Below the pieces are notes generated by a model, which had not been told where the DNA came from, searched no databases, and saw only the letters and a list, made by a program, of their open reading frames with translations. A DNA stretch of 32,000 bases from assembly GCA_965229705.1 (NCBI GenBank), contig OZ245922.1, positions 120,001-152,000 on the forward strand, in the 5' to 3' direction. Numbering within the stretch: the first letter of the stretch is position 1; the number at the start of each line of letters is the position of its first letter. This document shows, one piece after another, positions 21,437 through 30,690 of this stretch. The position numbers were made by a program, and so were the translations under genes. The stretch is from Candidatus Saccharimonadota bacterium. GTDB lineage: Bacteria > Patescibacteriota > Gracilibacteria > BD1-5 > UBA6164.

Positions 21437-21522
21437 ATTTTTTTGTTATTGAAATTTGATTTTCAGTCTATAGTGAATAAGGTTTTTGTAAAGTAAAAGA
21501 TTCACTCCTCATTATCACATAT

Positions 21523-23133
21523 ATGATACAGGTAAAAAAAGAAGATACTATTATTGATATAATAGAAAAAATAGACCAATACCAACTCAACGAGGGAGAG
21601 ATATATTTCCCTACATGACACCCTGTACTCTATAACGATATTTCCCTCCAAGTCCTTGTTGGAAAGATTTCAAAAAGAAATATTATTCTCGTCACTACAG
21701 ATGCTCTCGCAATAAAAAATCTCCAAAAAACAGGAATAAAATATCGAGAAACATCTTATAAAAATCTCACTCAGTATAATTATAATATATATGAATATAT
21801 GCTATATTTGTATAAGTCATATATATCAAAATTATCAAAAAATAGATTTTTAAAAAGAAATACCTTGTTTTTCTCTCAAAAAAAATATAAGTATCTTATT
21901 CATATTTTTTTCTTTTTTTTCTTTTCTTCTCTTATCCTATTTTTTACGCTCTATTATTTCATATTCGTCAAAACAGATATTATCATATATCCTGAGCTTA
22001 GAGTTCACAAAGAGTCTCTCAATTTTATACTTCAAGAACCAGTATCTCCATCACTTCTTCAGGAAAGTAATACCGTAGATATTCAAAAAATATCTCATAG
22101 TTTTTCTCTCACCGAAACATACTCAGCTAGCTGAGTCAAAAAAGAAGAAAGTGAGAGATGAAGTGGAACGCTTCGAATATTGAATTTCCTCCCCGAAAAG
22201 CAAAATATTATAACATGAACTCGTCTGGTTTCTCCTGAGGGAATTATATTTCGAACCACAAAGTTTATTACTCTTCCTGAGTGAGTTACTGATAATTTTT
22301 GAGTATGAGTGCCGGGTGTTATTGATATACAGGTTACGGCTGATACTCTTGATATACAAGGGAAAGTGGTATGAGAAAACTCAAATATTCCTCAGGGAAC
22401 GCTTCTCAGACTTCCAGGACTTCCTCCAGAGTATCAAGAAAGTATTTATGCTCAGAGTGTAGAAGATTTTCAAGGTTGAAGTGATCGTATGGAATATATT
22501 GTGAGTCAAGATGATCTTCGCTCAGCAGAAAAAAGGTTTATAAAAAACCTAGAGTCTCGAAGCTTTGCATCTCTGGAAAAAAAGATTACATCACTCCAAA
22601 AAACAGAAACTTCACAAGATATAAAGCTCATTGTATCAGATGATGGTATATCCTACAGCGACATGCAGATATCTTTTTGAGAAGCATGAAAAGTTTGAAC
22701 ACCATCAAAGTCGTTTACAATTTCATGAAGTATCACAGTATCATCATATGTCTACGACTCACAGAAAATCTCGCAAAAACTCAAATCACAGCTCCATAAT
22801 AAAATACTTCGTGGTGTAGAGAAAATCGCGTATATCGATGAATCTTCTCTTTCCCTAAAAGAGATTATATATCAAAAATCCTCCCCCTATACCATCAAGG
22901 CAAACTTTGAGATTGATGCCGTTACTATTCATGACTTTCTCCATAAACAAAATACCTATCTACAAGAACTTCTTTCAAACATTAAGTGACGAGACATAGA
23001 AACAGCAAAAAAAATTCTTACTAATGATGAGCGCATCAGTCATACGGAAATATATAGAAGACCTCCTTTTCTTCAGAATATTCCTATGAATGAAAGAAAT
23101 ATTAACATTATTGTTTCACAAAAGGCTTTTTAA
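21523..23133 (+). CDS. membrane-anchored hypothetical protein
   Basis: 536-aa frame (ATG 21523, TAA 23131-23133) joining listed ORFs 21799 and 22489 through TGA codons. It has one strong TM helix (IHIFFFFFFSSLILFFTLYYFIFV) followed by a large domain. The GENSNIPQGTLLRLPGLP segment faintly recalls baseplate-J-like proteins, but I do not rely on this. Confidence 0.65.
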
Positions 23134-23824
23134 GCATAAATCCTTCTCCACGATAGTTCAGAATCCAAGAGTCTATATGATATTGAGATAAAGAATTTTT
23201 AAGACGCATAATCTTGATCCTGATATTTTTTGGTCTGATATTTTCTGAGTATCACCAGATTTTTTCCTCTAAAAAACTATGAGATAAAAGTTTTTCTTTA
23301 TGTATCAAAAAAAGACACAGTATGTATTTGCTCGAACGACTCAGATTACTGATAAGTGTTTTTCAAATATAAAAGCTATTGGCTGATATATCATATTGCA
23401 GTTCATGGTATTCAATATACTTTGTAATCGCAAAATACTCCGAAAACATATAGTTACAAAAACATCGTTGTATGCGTATTTGTAGTTCCCTGTGACGAAA
23501 AGGTTTGATCATATAATCATTTGCTCCATAGGCAAAAGCCTGCTCCAGAAAAACATACTCACAGTGACTCGTGATCATAATCACTGGAAGCGTATGGTTT
23601 TTTCTTCGAATATGCTGAAGTATCTCTAAACCAGCTTTTTTATATCACTCTCCTAAATGTATATCAAGTAAGACAACATCGTAACTTATAACATTTCAAG
23701 GAAGTTTGAGGTATTCATCATATGAGTGTAGAGTACTAATACGATTCGTAGTTTCGTATTTTTGAAAGGTAGCTCATAGAGACTTTGCCAGGTTCTTGTC
23801 ATCTTCTATTATCAATACGTTCAT
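23108..23824 (-). CDS. response regulator, OmpR/PhoB family
   Basis: 238 aa. The receiver domain reads MNVLIIEDD, VVLLDIHLGEG and DYMIKPF, and the C-terminus is a winged-helix domain (IRIKIMRLKNSL, YRGEGFML). It starts 7 nt after the kinase stop. Confidence 0.85.
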
Positions 23825-23831
23825 AAAAAAA

Positions 23832-25919
23832 TTATATGATGATAACAAACTTTGCTCATGAAAGAGTATCTCCTCTTCATGCATAGATTCGTCCTCCATG
23901 AAGTTCAACGATTTTTTTACACAGATAAAGCCCCATTCATAAACCAGATGTTGTTCCAGTTCAGGTAGAGTATTTCTCAAAAATGGTATGTAAATCTGAT
24001 GAAGAAAATCATTTTCCATTATCTTCTATACTGATTTTTATCTTTTCATTTTGTTCTGTATCTCTATGCTCTTCTATTTTTATATGGACTTCTCCCTGTG
24101 AATGATCAGAAAACTTGAGAGCATTTACCAGTATATTTGTAATAACTTGACGAAACTGTACTTCGTCTATCTCTCAAAAGTATTTCTGCTCTTGAATATC
24201 TGTATGAAATTTCACAGCATTATACCTTGATCTAAAAAGGCTTACTTCTTGCTCTAAAAGACTTCATATATCAATATCCCTCTTATATAAACGAACTTTT
24301 TGCAAATCAAACTTTTCTGTATCAAATATCGTTTTCACCAGTTGAGAAATCTTCAAAAGTTCTTGATGAAGGATCTCGGTATCTTCTTTGATCTTTCTAC
24401 TCTGAGAACGTTGACTCTCATCACGAATATCGTCTGATAAAAATATAGCGTTAGTAATGGGATTTTTTATCTCATGTCCAACATAGCGTATAAATTCTTT
24501 TTGTTTACTGATGAGATTATTATATTCTATGGTTTTTTCATCCACTTTCTTATCGAGATCAATAGAGAGTTCTTGCATTTTTTGGTATACTCAGAGGTAT
24601 GTGAGGTGTCCAGATAAAAACTCGGTAAAACTTTTCAAGAGAGAAATTTCTTCCGAGAGAAAAGGATCATTCAAACGCTTATATCACACTTTGAATATTG
24701 CTCATAGGGCATTATCTGCTTTTCGAATGGGAAAATATAAGTACCACTCTTCTTCTAAAAATGCCTTATGCGAAAGGCGAAGTTTATTCTCCTCTAAAAA
24801 TACATAATCATTTACCGCGTAATCTCAGAGTATATTTTTTGAAAAAAAGTCTTTCAGCTCTTGAGAAACTTTTTCCATATCAGTGTCTAACTGCACTCAC
24901 TCGATCCCCATATGAGAACGAAAGTTTGCTTTCAAAAAATCATTCAGTTGGTGAATGCCTGTGAGAAAAGGGATTTGTAATTGTATCTTATCATAAAACA
25001 CTCTTCGATTGTCTGAATGAATATGAGGTATGATATATTTTTGTATCATAGAATATAAAATACAAAAAGTACTGACTCATAAAAATACAGAAATAAATGA
25101 GCTCTCTATCGAAAATCTCCAATACTGCTGATAAGATTCTGAAAAGAAGTTATGCGAATATGAGGACCAGACTTTTACCACAAAGTAGCTACATAAAAAA
25201 CAGCAAATGACGCTCAGTATTTTTGTAAAAATGATTTTGGTATCGAGAAACTCATACCTTCTCATAGAGTAAAACACTCCGGCTATAAATGGCAAAAAGA
25301 AGAATCATACATAACGTTCTAAAGTAAAAATTCAAAATTCTGGAAGTATGAGTAGTGATAAAAAAGTGAGGAGTATAAAAATAAACATTCCTCCAAATAT
25401 GAACTGAAATCTTTTGTAGTCTAAGTTTTTTAACCTGACAAAGGATCTATACGATGCCCAACAAAAAAGTGGGAGAAATAGAAAACTCAGAATCACATGA
25501 ATCATATACAAATCTCAGGGGTTTTCATACCAGTCATTTTGTATATTTTCAAAATACAATCCATCTATAATAAGGGGTGTACTCAGATATATACATCAAA
25601 GCAGGAAAAAAAAGATTCCAAATATCTTTGCATGTCGCAGTGTATTTTTGCTCACTTTTGGGAAGTGAAACATAAATAACAAAAAACCATAGAGTGATCA
25701 GAGAGAAAGCAGGAATGAAATTCTGATGAAATATTCAAGATGCACGAGATTACTCGTAAAGGAGTAACTCATGATATAAAAAATGAACCAAAACGCTGTA
25801 CAAATAGTGAAAACATTAAAAAACACCCCTATCATATTTTTATATTTTCAAAAGAAAATATATCACAAAATAAGTAAAATAGAGGAATTTAGCAAGTACA
25901 GTACAAATAATATTCACAT
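23832..25919 (-). CDS. sensor histidine kinase with N-terminal multi-TM (7TM-type) sensor, GAF-like domain, HisKA and HATPase_c
   Basis: 695-aa frame (ATG 25919, TAA 23832-23834) open only with TGA=Gly. It has about 7 hydrophobic helices, H-box FIRYVGHEIKNPITN, N-box ITNILVNALKF, G1 EDNGKGF and G2 GTTSGLGMGLYLCKKIVELHGGRI. Confidence 0.85.
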
Positions 25920-25982
25920 ATATCTCACCCTAAAGATACATGTACATAGTAAATGATTTTCCTTTTTTTCAAATAAGTTTTC

Positions 25983-26813
25983 TTAGGCAGCTTTTTTGAA
26001 ACCAGACAGTAAGCGGCGAAGTGGTTTCTGAAATGCTCTTTTATATCTCTTCCCAAGTCGCCTCTGAATATATAATCAACTATTGTATGAGTCTGTTCAT
26101 AAAGACCCTCAAGGATCTGCTATACCTAAAGACTCTGATCAAAGATGTTTATATATTTTATCAAGAGCTCCTCATGAGTGAAGTTCAGATATTCACATTT
26201 CATTTTCATATCGAGTAGGAAAACTCTGAAAAAAAGACTGTAAAAGATAATATATATGAGAAAAATGCATGTATTTCTCTTTTGTTCACATCGAAGAACA
26301 ACTAAAAAATATATCTGGAAGTATTCCATCATTGATATTTTTAATCGCTTCTTGGATGGTCTCTTTATATTGCTTAGGATATCGATATGATAAGTCTCTT
26401 TCAAATAAGTTATCAAAGCCAGAAATATGTCCATCCATAAAACCTACTATATCTCACTCATCTTCATACATAACGGTCAACATAGCATTCCCTGAATAAC
26501 GATGGCGTATTTCATCAATATATGTTTCTTTCTCAAAAACATGAGTCACTTTTTTCTGACAATTCAGGCAAGATAAAAACTCACTTTCAGTTGATTCTTC
26601 TATCTCAGAAACAAGCAAGAGGTATACATCCTCAGAAACTTTATTTTTATATATATCTTGCTTTGAGAATGTCTGATCGCAAGAGTCGCAGTGAACATAC
26701 GCTCAAAGTCATTGTTCTCTTCACCACATATCTTGCTCGATGGCAAAGATTTTCATAATATCCTCCTGAGATACATTTTGAGGATCAAGGGATTGACAGG
26801 ATAAAAGAGTCAT
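25983..26813 (-). CDS. hypothetical protein with a CxxC...CxxC zinc-ribbon insert (possibly acyltransferase-like)
   Basis: An 831-nt frame has no TAA/TAG but about 17 in-frame TGA, which is very unlikely by chance in AT-rich DNA. It carries CDSC...CLNC cysteine pairs and an ISELHSGGALDKIY segment. It is co-oriented with and 63 nt upstream of the kinase. Start at ATG 26813, or the internal ATG 26756. Confidence 0.6.
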
Positions 26814-26856
26814 AAAAATTATAGTTTACATAAATTTTTATGATAGGTATTTATGC

Positions 26857-26873
26857 GTTACATTTGTGTTACA
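26857..26873. promoter_or_regulatory. direct repeat GTTACA-N5-GTTACA in the divergent promoter region (candidate OmpR-type regulator site)
   Basis: GTTACATTTGTGTTACA has two hexamers with 11-bp periodicity, and a related GTTTACA lies at 26824-26830. It sits between the divergently transcribed kinase operon and the second response regulator. Confidence 0.3.
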
Positions 26874-27055
26874 AAAAAACACAAAAACAAAAGAGAATTT
26901 TCGTTTTTCCTCAGACGTGTTTCTTATACAACATCTTTTTATTTCTCATATTTTCATTAAAAAATCATTAAAAAAAGACCTCATTTTTTGAGAAAAACTT
27001 GATTATAAGAGCCCCGATGTATTATTGATACAATATCCAAAAACTATTTTTGTAT

Positions 27056-27727
27056 ATGCATATAGTTATTATTGATGATGAGGTGTTGCTCTCTCATGCT
27101 ATGAAGAAAAAACTCGATCAGCAATGATATAGTGTGAGTATTGCTCACTCTCTTTCAGAGTATAGAAATACACCATTTTGAAAAGTAGATTTGTATCTTG
27201 TGGATATTACCCTTGGTGATGGAAGCGGTTTTGAAATCATTCGTAGTATTCGAAAAGATGGAAAAGAAAAAAATATCCCCATACTTATTATTTCAGGTCA
27301 TGATGATACAAAAAGAAAACTTGTTGGGTTTGATATAGGAGCCGATGACTACCTCGTAAAACCCTTTGACCCTCAAGAGCTCATTGCCCGAGTGAGGAAA
27401 AGGATTCAAGATAAAAAATATCATGAACACATAGACCCTATTCTTCGTTATAGAGATATTGCTTTTGATAGGAGTAAGAGGCTCGTCTATAAGTGAAATA
27501 ATAGAGTGTCTTTATCAAAGAAGGAAAAAAATATTCTGGAACATTTTATGATTCGTACTTGAGAACTCGTAAGTAAAGATGAGCTTGCAGATACTTTTTG
27601 GAAAAATGATAACCCGTTCACTATTATAGAAAATACGATTACTGTCACTATATGTAATCTTCGAAGAAAGCTTGGAAGGGATTTTGATCTTGAAACTGTT
27701 CGGAGTGAATGATATATCTTGAGATAA
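27056..27727 (+). CDS. response regulator, OmpR/PhoB family (no adjacent kinase on its own strand)
   Basis: 223 aa. Motifs are MHIVIIDDE, LYLVDITLGDGSG, ADDYLVKPF and wHTH ITVTICNLRRKLG...VRSEGYIL. Confidence 0.88.
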
Positions 27728-27740
27728 AGAGGATTCATTT

Positions 27741-27890
27741 CCTAAGGAAACGCGGAAAAACTTCGTATTTCATCGTCAAAGTGCAACATTGTCTTCAAAC
27801 TCGTACAATGAGTACGCTTATTTCAGCCAAGTTGCATTTTTCTTGAACTACTTGTTTTTACACATTCCTTATTTTTCTGTGCTTCCCTAA
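27741..27890 (+). repeat. MITE-like palindromic element, type 1, copy B
   Basis: Aligns over its full length with copy C and with the reverse complement of copy A. It starts 14 nt after the regulator stop codon. Confidence 0.8.
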
Positions 27891-27898
27891 CTGTTCAT

Positions 27899-28006
27899 TT
27901 AAGGAACCCCTGAGAAACTCCTTTTTTCTTTCCTTTTTCAAAGGAGAGGTGGCTCGATAGAGCCAGAGAGGATTAGAAACTTTTTGTTTTTCAGAGAGTC
28001 CTTAAG
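27899..28006 (+). repeat. MITE-like element, type 2
   Basis: Termini TTAAGGAACCCCTGAGAAA / TTTTTCAGAGAGTCCTTAAG are inverted repeats and match the termini of the element at 14906-15024. The interior differs and contains the GGCTC-GATA-GAGCC hairpin. It lies 8 nt from type 1 copy B. Confidence 0.65.
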
Positions 28007-28116
28007 TAGAGATTTTATCAAAAACCCCTTTGACTTCTATTTCATCATCTATATATTTTTTCAGCTACTTATTGAGACTGAGTATCAATTAAGAAATACC
28101 ATCTTTAAAAAATAGT

Positions 28117-28449
28117 ATGTTTACACAAAAAAAACCTTCCAAAAACAAGAGTAATACACAAGAGTTTTCCAAGTTTCCTATCGAGTATCTCCACCTCATA
28201 ACATGATATACACTCGTGATATGTGGAGTACTTGCTTACACTCTTCATGGCTTTGAAATGCTTCTCTCATGGATTATTTTTTGATGTATGTATATATCTA
28301 TGTCAGATATCGGAGAATGCTCAAAATGCTCGCATGAACTTTGTTCTTTTCGACACAAAAATAGGCGAAAGATAGCATATCTATGACTCACACTTTCGCT
28401 CATATTATTGCTATACTATCTTACAATAATCCTATGAATACAAATATAA
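28117..28449 (+). CDS. small membrane protein with a cysteine cluster
   Basis: 110 aa with TGA=Gly: two or three TM segments and a GECSKCSHELCSF motif. It overlaps the next gene by 16 nt. The call rests only on the open frame, hydrophobicity and coupling. Confidence 0.5.
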
Positions 28450-29570
28450 GAGAAAGACATGAAGTGATTATTGTTTGAGCTGGAGCAGCTGGTATCTGAG
28501 TAGCTCTCAAGCTCAAGGAACTCGGAGTAGATTATCTAGTACTCGAATGAGATGAGGTAGCTTCGAGTTTTAACAAGTGGAGTAATGAAACACATTTTAT
28601 TTCTCCAAGTTTTCCGAGTAATGCTTTTGGTCAAGTAGATCTCAATGCAATTCATCCAGAAACTTCTCCTGGATATATGTTTGGAAAAGAACATGTCAGC
28701 GGTCAAGAATATGCGAAGTATGTGAAAAGTGTGGTACAAGCTTTTGATGTTCTCGTATATGAAAATGAAAAAGTACAAAGAGTAGAGAAGCAGGAGGATA
28801 TATTTGTAGTTTACACAGACAAACAAGCATATGCATGCATATATGTTATTTCTGCTATTTGAGAGTTTCAATTTCCATCAAGCTCAGATATTAGAGGTTC
28901 TGAAAATGCAATTCATAGCTCGACAATACGAGATTTTACAGATTACAAGACAATCAGAGATGTTTTGCCAATTATTGGTTGATATGAGAGCGCGGTGGAT
29001 ACTGCATATGCTCTCTGTAAACATTGAAAGCAGGTACATATATTTTGTTCTCATAATATGGATGAGATGAGTACTTCTGATCCTTCACAAGTCCTCTCAC
29101 TCTACTCACTACAAAGACTTAGAGAAATGCAGGAAAATCCCAGAGTGATTTTTACGCAAGACCCTATAATTGAGATCACAAAGAAAGAGAGAGAATATAT
29201 AATTATTTGAAAGAGTTGAAAGAAATATGTTTTTTTTGAGATGCCTATACTTGCAACAGGGTTTCGACCACCCTATGATTTTCTGTGAGAATATATCAGT
29301 TTTCGAGATCATGATCATATGCCAGAATTAAATGAGGTAGATGAACTCAAAAAAACAAAAAATATTTTTGTAGTAGGAGCGCAAGTTCGACAAGGAGAAC
29401 TGATTTTCTGTTTCGTATACAAATACCGACTGAGGTTTTGAGTTGTAGCTCTTGAGATAGCAAAAAGACTCGGAAAAGAGAAGGATTTTGAGTCTTATAA
29501 AAGATTATGGGAAAAACAATGATTTTATCTTGATGATCTTTGAGCTTGTTGAGATGAATGTATGTGTTAG
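28434..29570 (+). CDS. FAD/NAD(P)-dependent oxidoreductase (class B flavoprotein monooxygenase-like, Pyr_redox_3 type)
   Basis: 378 aa. The FAD dinucleotide fold is VIIVGAGAAGIGVALKL (TGA=Gly within GxGxxG). A second Rossmann motif reads PIIGGYESAVDTA, followed by LATGFRP and the VVGAQV...FCFVYKYRLRF motif. The C-terminus GACGDECMC ends in the TAG located in the first bases of repeat copy C. Confidence 0.82.
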
Positions 29571-29712
29571 GGAAATACGAAAAAATTTTGTATTTTATCG
29601 TCAAAATCCAATATTGTCTTCAAATTCGCATGATCAGTACGCTTATTTCAGTCAAGTTAGTTTTTCCTTGAACTACTTGTTTTTACAGATTCCCCATTTT
29701 CCTATGTTTCCT
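29567..29712 (+). repeat. MITE-like palindromic element, type 1, copy C
   Basis: Aligns over its full length with copy B. Its first bases TTAGGGAAATACG include the stop codon of the upstream oxidoreductase gene. Confidence 0.8.
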
Positions 29713-29743
29713 TTTTTTGATAAAAAAAATATTTTTTTCTTGA

Positions 29744-29770
29744 CTGAATATATAAACAGTATATATTCAG
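29744..29770. promoter_or_regulatory. 27-bp palindrome overlapping the lexA promoter (candidate LexA operator / SOS box)
   Basis: CTGAATATAT-AAACAGT-ATATATTCAG has perfect 10-bp arms. It overlaps a -35-like TTGACT (29740-29745) and a -10-like TATATT, 28 nt upstream of the lexA ATG. The left part, CTGAATATATAAACAG, also fits CTG-N10-CAG. Confidence 0.5.
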
Positions 29771-29797
29771 GATATATTATTTTTTCACTATAACAAT

Positions 29798-30427
29798 ATG
29801 CTTACAGAAAAACAGCAACATGCCCTAGATGTTATCACAGATTTTGTAGCTCGATATGGGAAATCTCCTACGATTGAAGAGCTCAAAAATCTCCTCCATC
29901 AAAAATCGAAGCGTTGAGTAACACAGTATTTGGAAGTACTTGAAAAAAAGGGATTTATCTCTCGAGGAGAATGATATAGAGGCATTCATCTGGGGAACAC
30001 TATAGGAATGCAGACAACACTCAATATTCCTATTCTCGGATACGCAAACGCCGGTACGCCACTAGCAGTTGCTGAGAGTAATGACTATGGAACACTCCCT
30101 ATCTCAAAAAATATTATCGGAGAAAATTCAGGAGAATACTTTGTACTACGAGTTTCATGAACAAGTATGAATGAGTGTGAAGTATCAGGGAAAAAGCTCG
30201 AAAATGGGAGTTATGTTTTGATTAAGAAAGATGAACGAGTACTCAATGAGAGAGATCCTTTTTTGTTTATCGTAAACGGATGAGCGACTCTCAAGCGTTA
30301 TAAGAAAAATGCATGACAAGTGTACCTTCTTCCACAGTCAAATGAAGACCATCATACTCCTATTATCCTCTCAGAATCTGATGAAGTATATCCAAGTGGA
30401 AAGGTTGTAGATGTGTTTCACTTTTAG
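29798..30427 (+). CDS. lexA: LexA repressor (S24 self-cleaving peptidase)
   Basis: 209 aa. The N-terminal wHTH reads LTEKQQHALDVI...PTIEELKNLL...GVTQYLEVLEKKGFI. The cleavage-region/peptidase motifs are LRVSGTSMNE (Gly is TGA) and VNGGATLKRY. Confidence 0.9.
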
Positions 30428-30467
30428 GGAAAAAGAAAAAACTTTGATTTTTGGCTAAAAACGATAT

Positions 30468-30690
30468 AGTGAAGCCTACGAAAGGCGTTTGAGTCTCGCT
30501 GACACGGGACGAGCTAGAGGAAGAACCCCCTCTCTATACATAGTGATTACTAGGGATAGTAGAACCTCTCGGAGTCGAAATACTTCGTCAAAAAAATACA
30601 ATTGAGTATCGTTTTTGGTGGCACCTTCATACCGTGTAATATTCTCGGATGACCAAAAGCACATGAATATTTTTCGTGTGTTTTTTATAT
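30468..30690 (+). promoter_or_regulatory. T-box riboswitch-like leader of aspS (with its terminator)
   Basis: A promoter-like TTGATT...TATAGT lies at 30444-30470. A Stem I distal-like motif, ATAGTGATTACTAGGGATAGTAGAACC (30540-30566), closely resembles the remembered glyQ T-box AUAGUGAAAGCUAGAGGAUAGUAACC. A T-box-like TGGTGGCACC (30616-30625) carries UGGC, which could pair with a GCCA 3' end. An 8-bp terminator hairpin plus T6 lies at 30660-30686, and TTCAT(ACC)GTG (30626-30636) can alternatively pair with its 5' arm. It sits immediately upstream of an aminoacyl-tRNA synthetase gene. Confidence 0.6.
30660..30686 (+). terminator. intrinsic terminator (expression platform of the aspS leader)
   Basis: CACATGAA-TATTT-TTCGTGTG (8 bp including one G-U) followed by TTTTTT, 24 nt before the aspS ATG. 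Confidence 0.65.

Noticed and set aside
21905-21925. Long poly-T tracts (T7-C-T8-C-T4) as a possible phase-variation switch.
   Set aside because: They encode the Phe run of the predicted TM helix (IHIFFFFFFSS) in an AT-rich genome. With a single sequence there is no evidence of length variation.
23108-23133. 26-nt overlap of the convergent 3' ends of the 21523-23133 gene and the response regulator, as a sign of a wrong frame.
   Set aside because: Both frames are well supported up to their TAA stops. Short convergent overlaps are common in compact genomes.
26126-26434. 102-aa minus-strand ORF from the track, as an independent gene.
   Set aside because: It is out of frame with a much longer (831 nt) minus-strand frame that has no TAA/TAG at all. 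Its sequence is hydrophobic and low-complexity, whereas the longer frame looks like a soluble protein. I kept the longer code-25 frame, with moderate confidence only.
10298-29712. The possibility that the dispersed repeats are a CRISPR array or a tandem-repeat locus.
   Set aside because: The copies are about 150 bp, kilobases apart and in both orientations, with inverted termini. There is no short regularly spaced repeat-spacer pattern and there are no cas genes.
30501-30504. GAC-A in an upstream hairpin loop as the Asp specifier of the T-box leader.
   Set aside because: It lies 5' of the Stem I distal motifs, whereas canonical specifier codons are on the 3' strand of Stem I. I keep it as an alternative that a covariance-model alignment should test.
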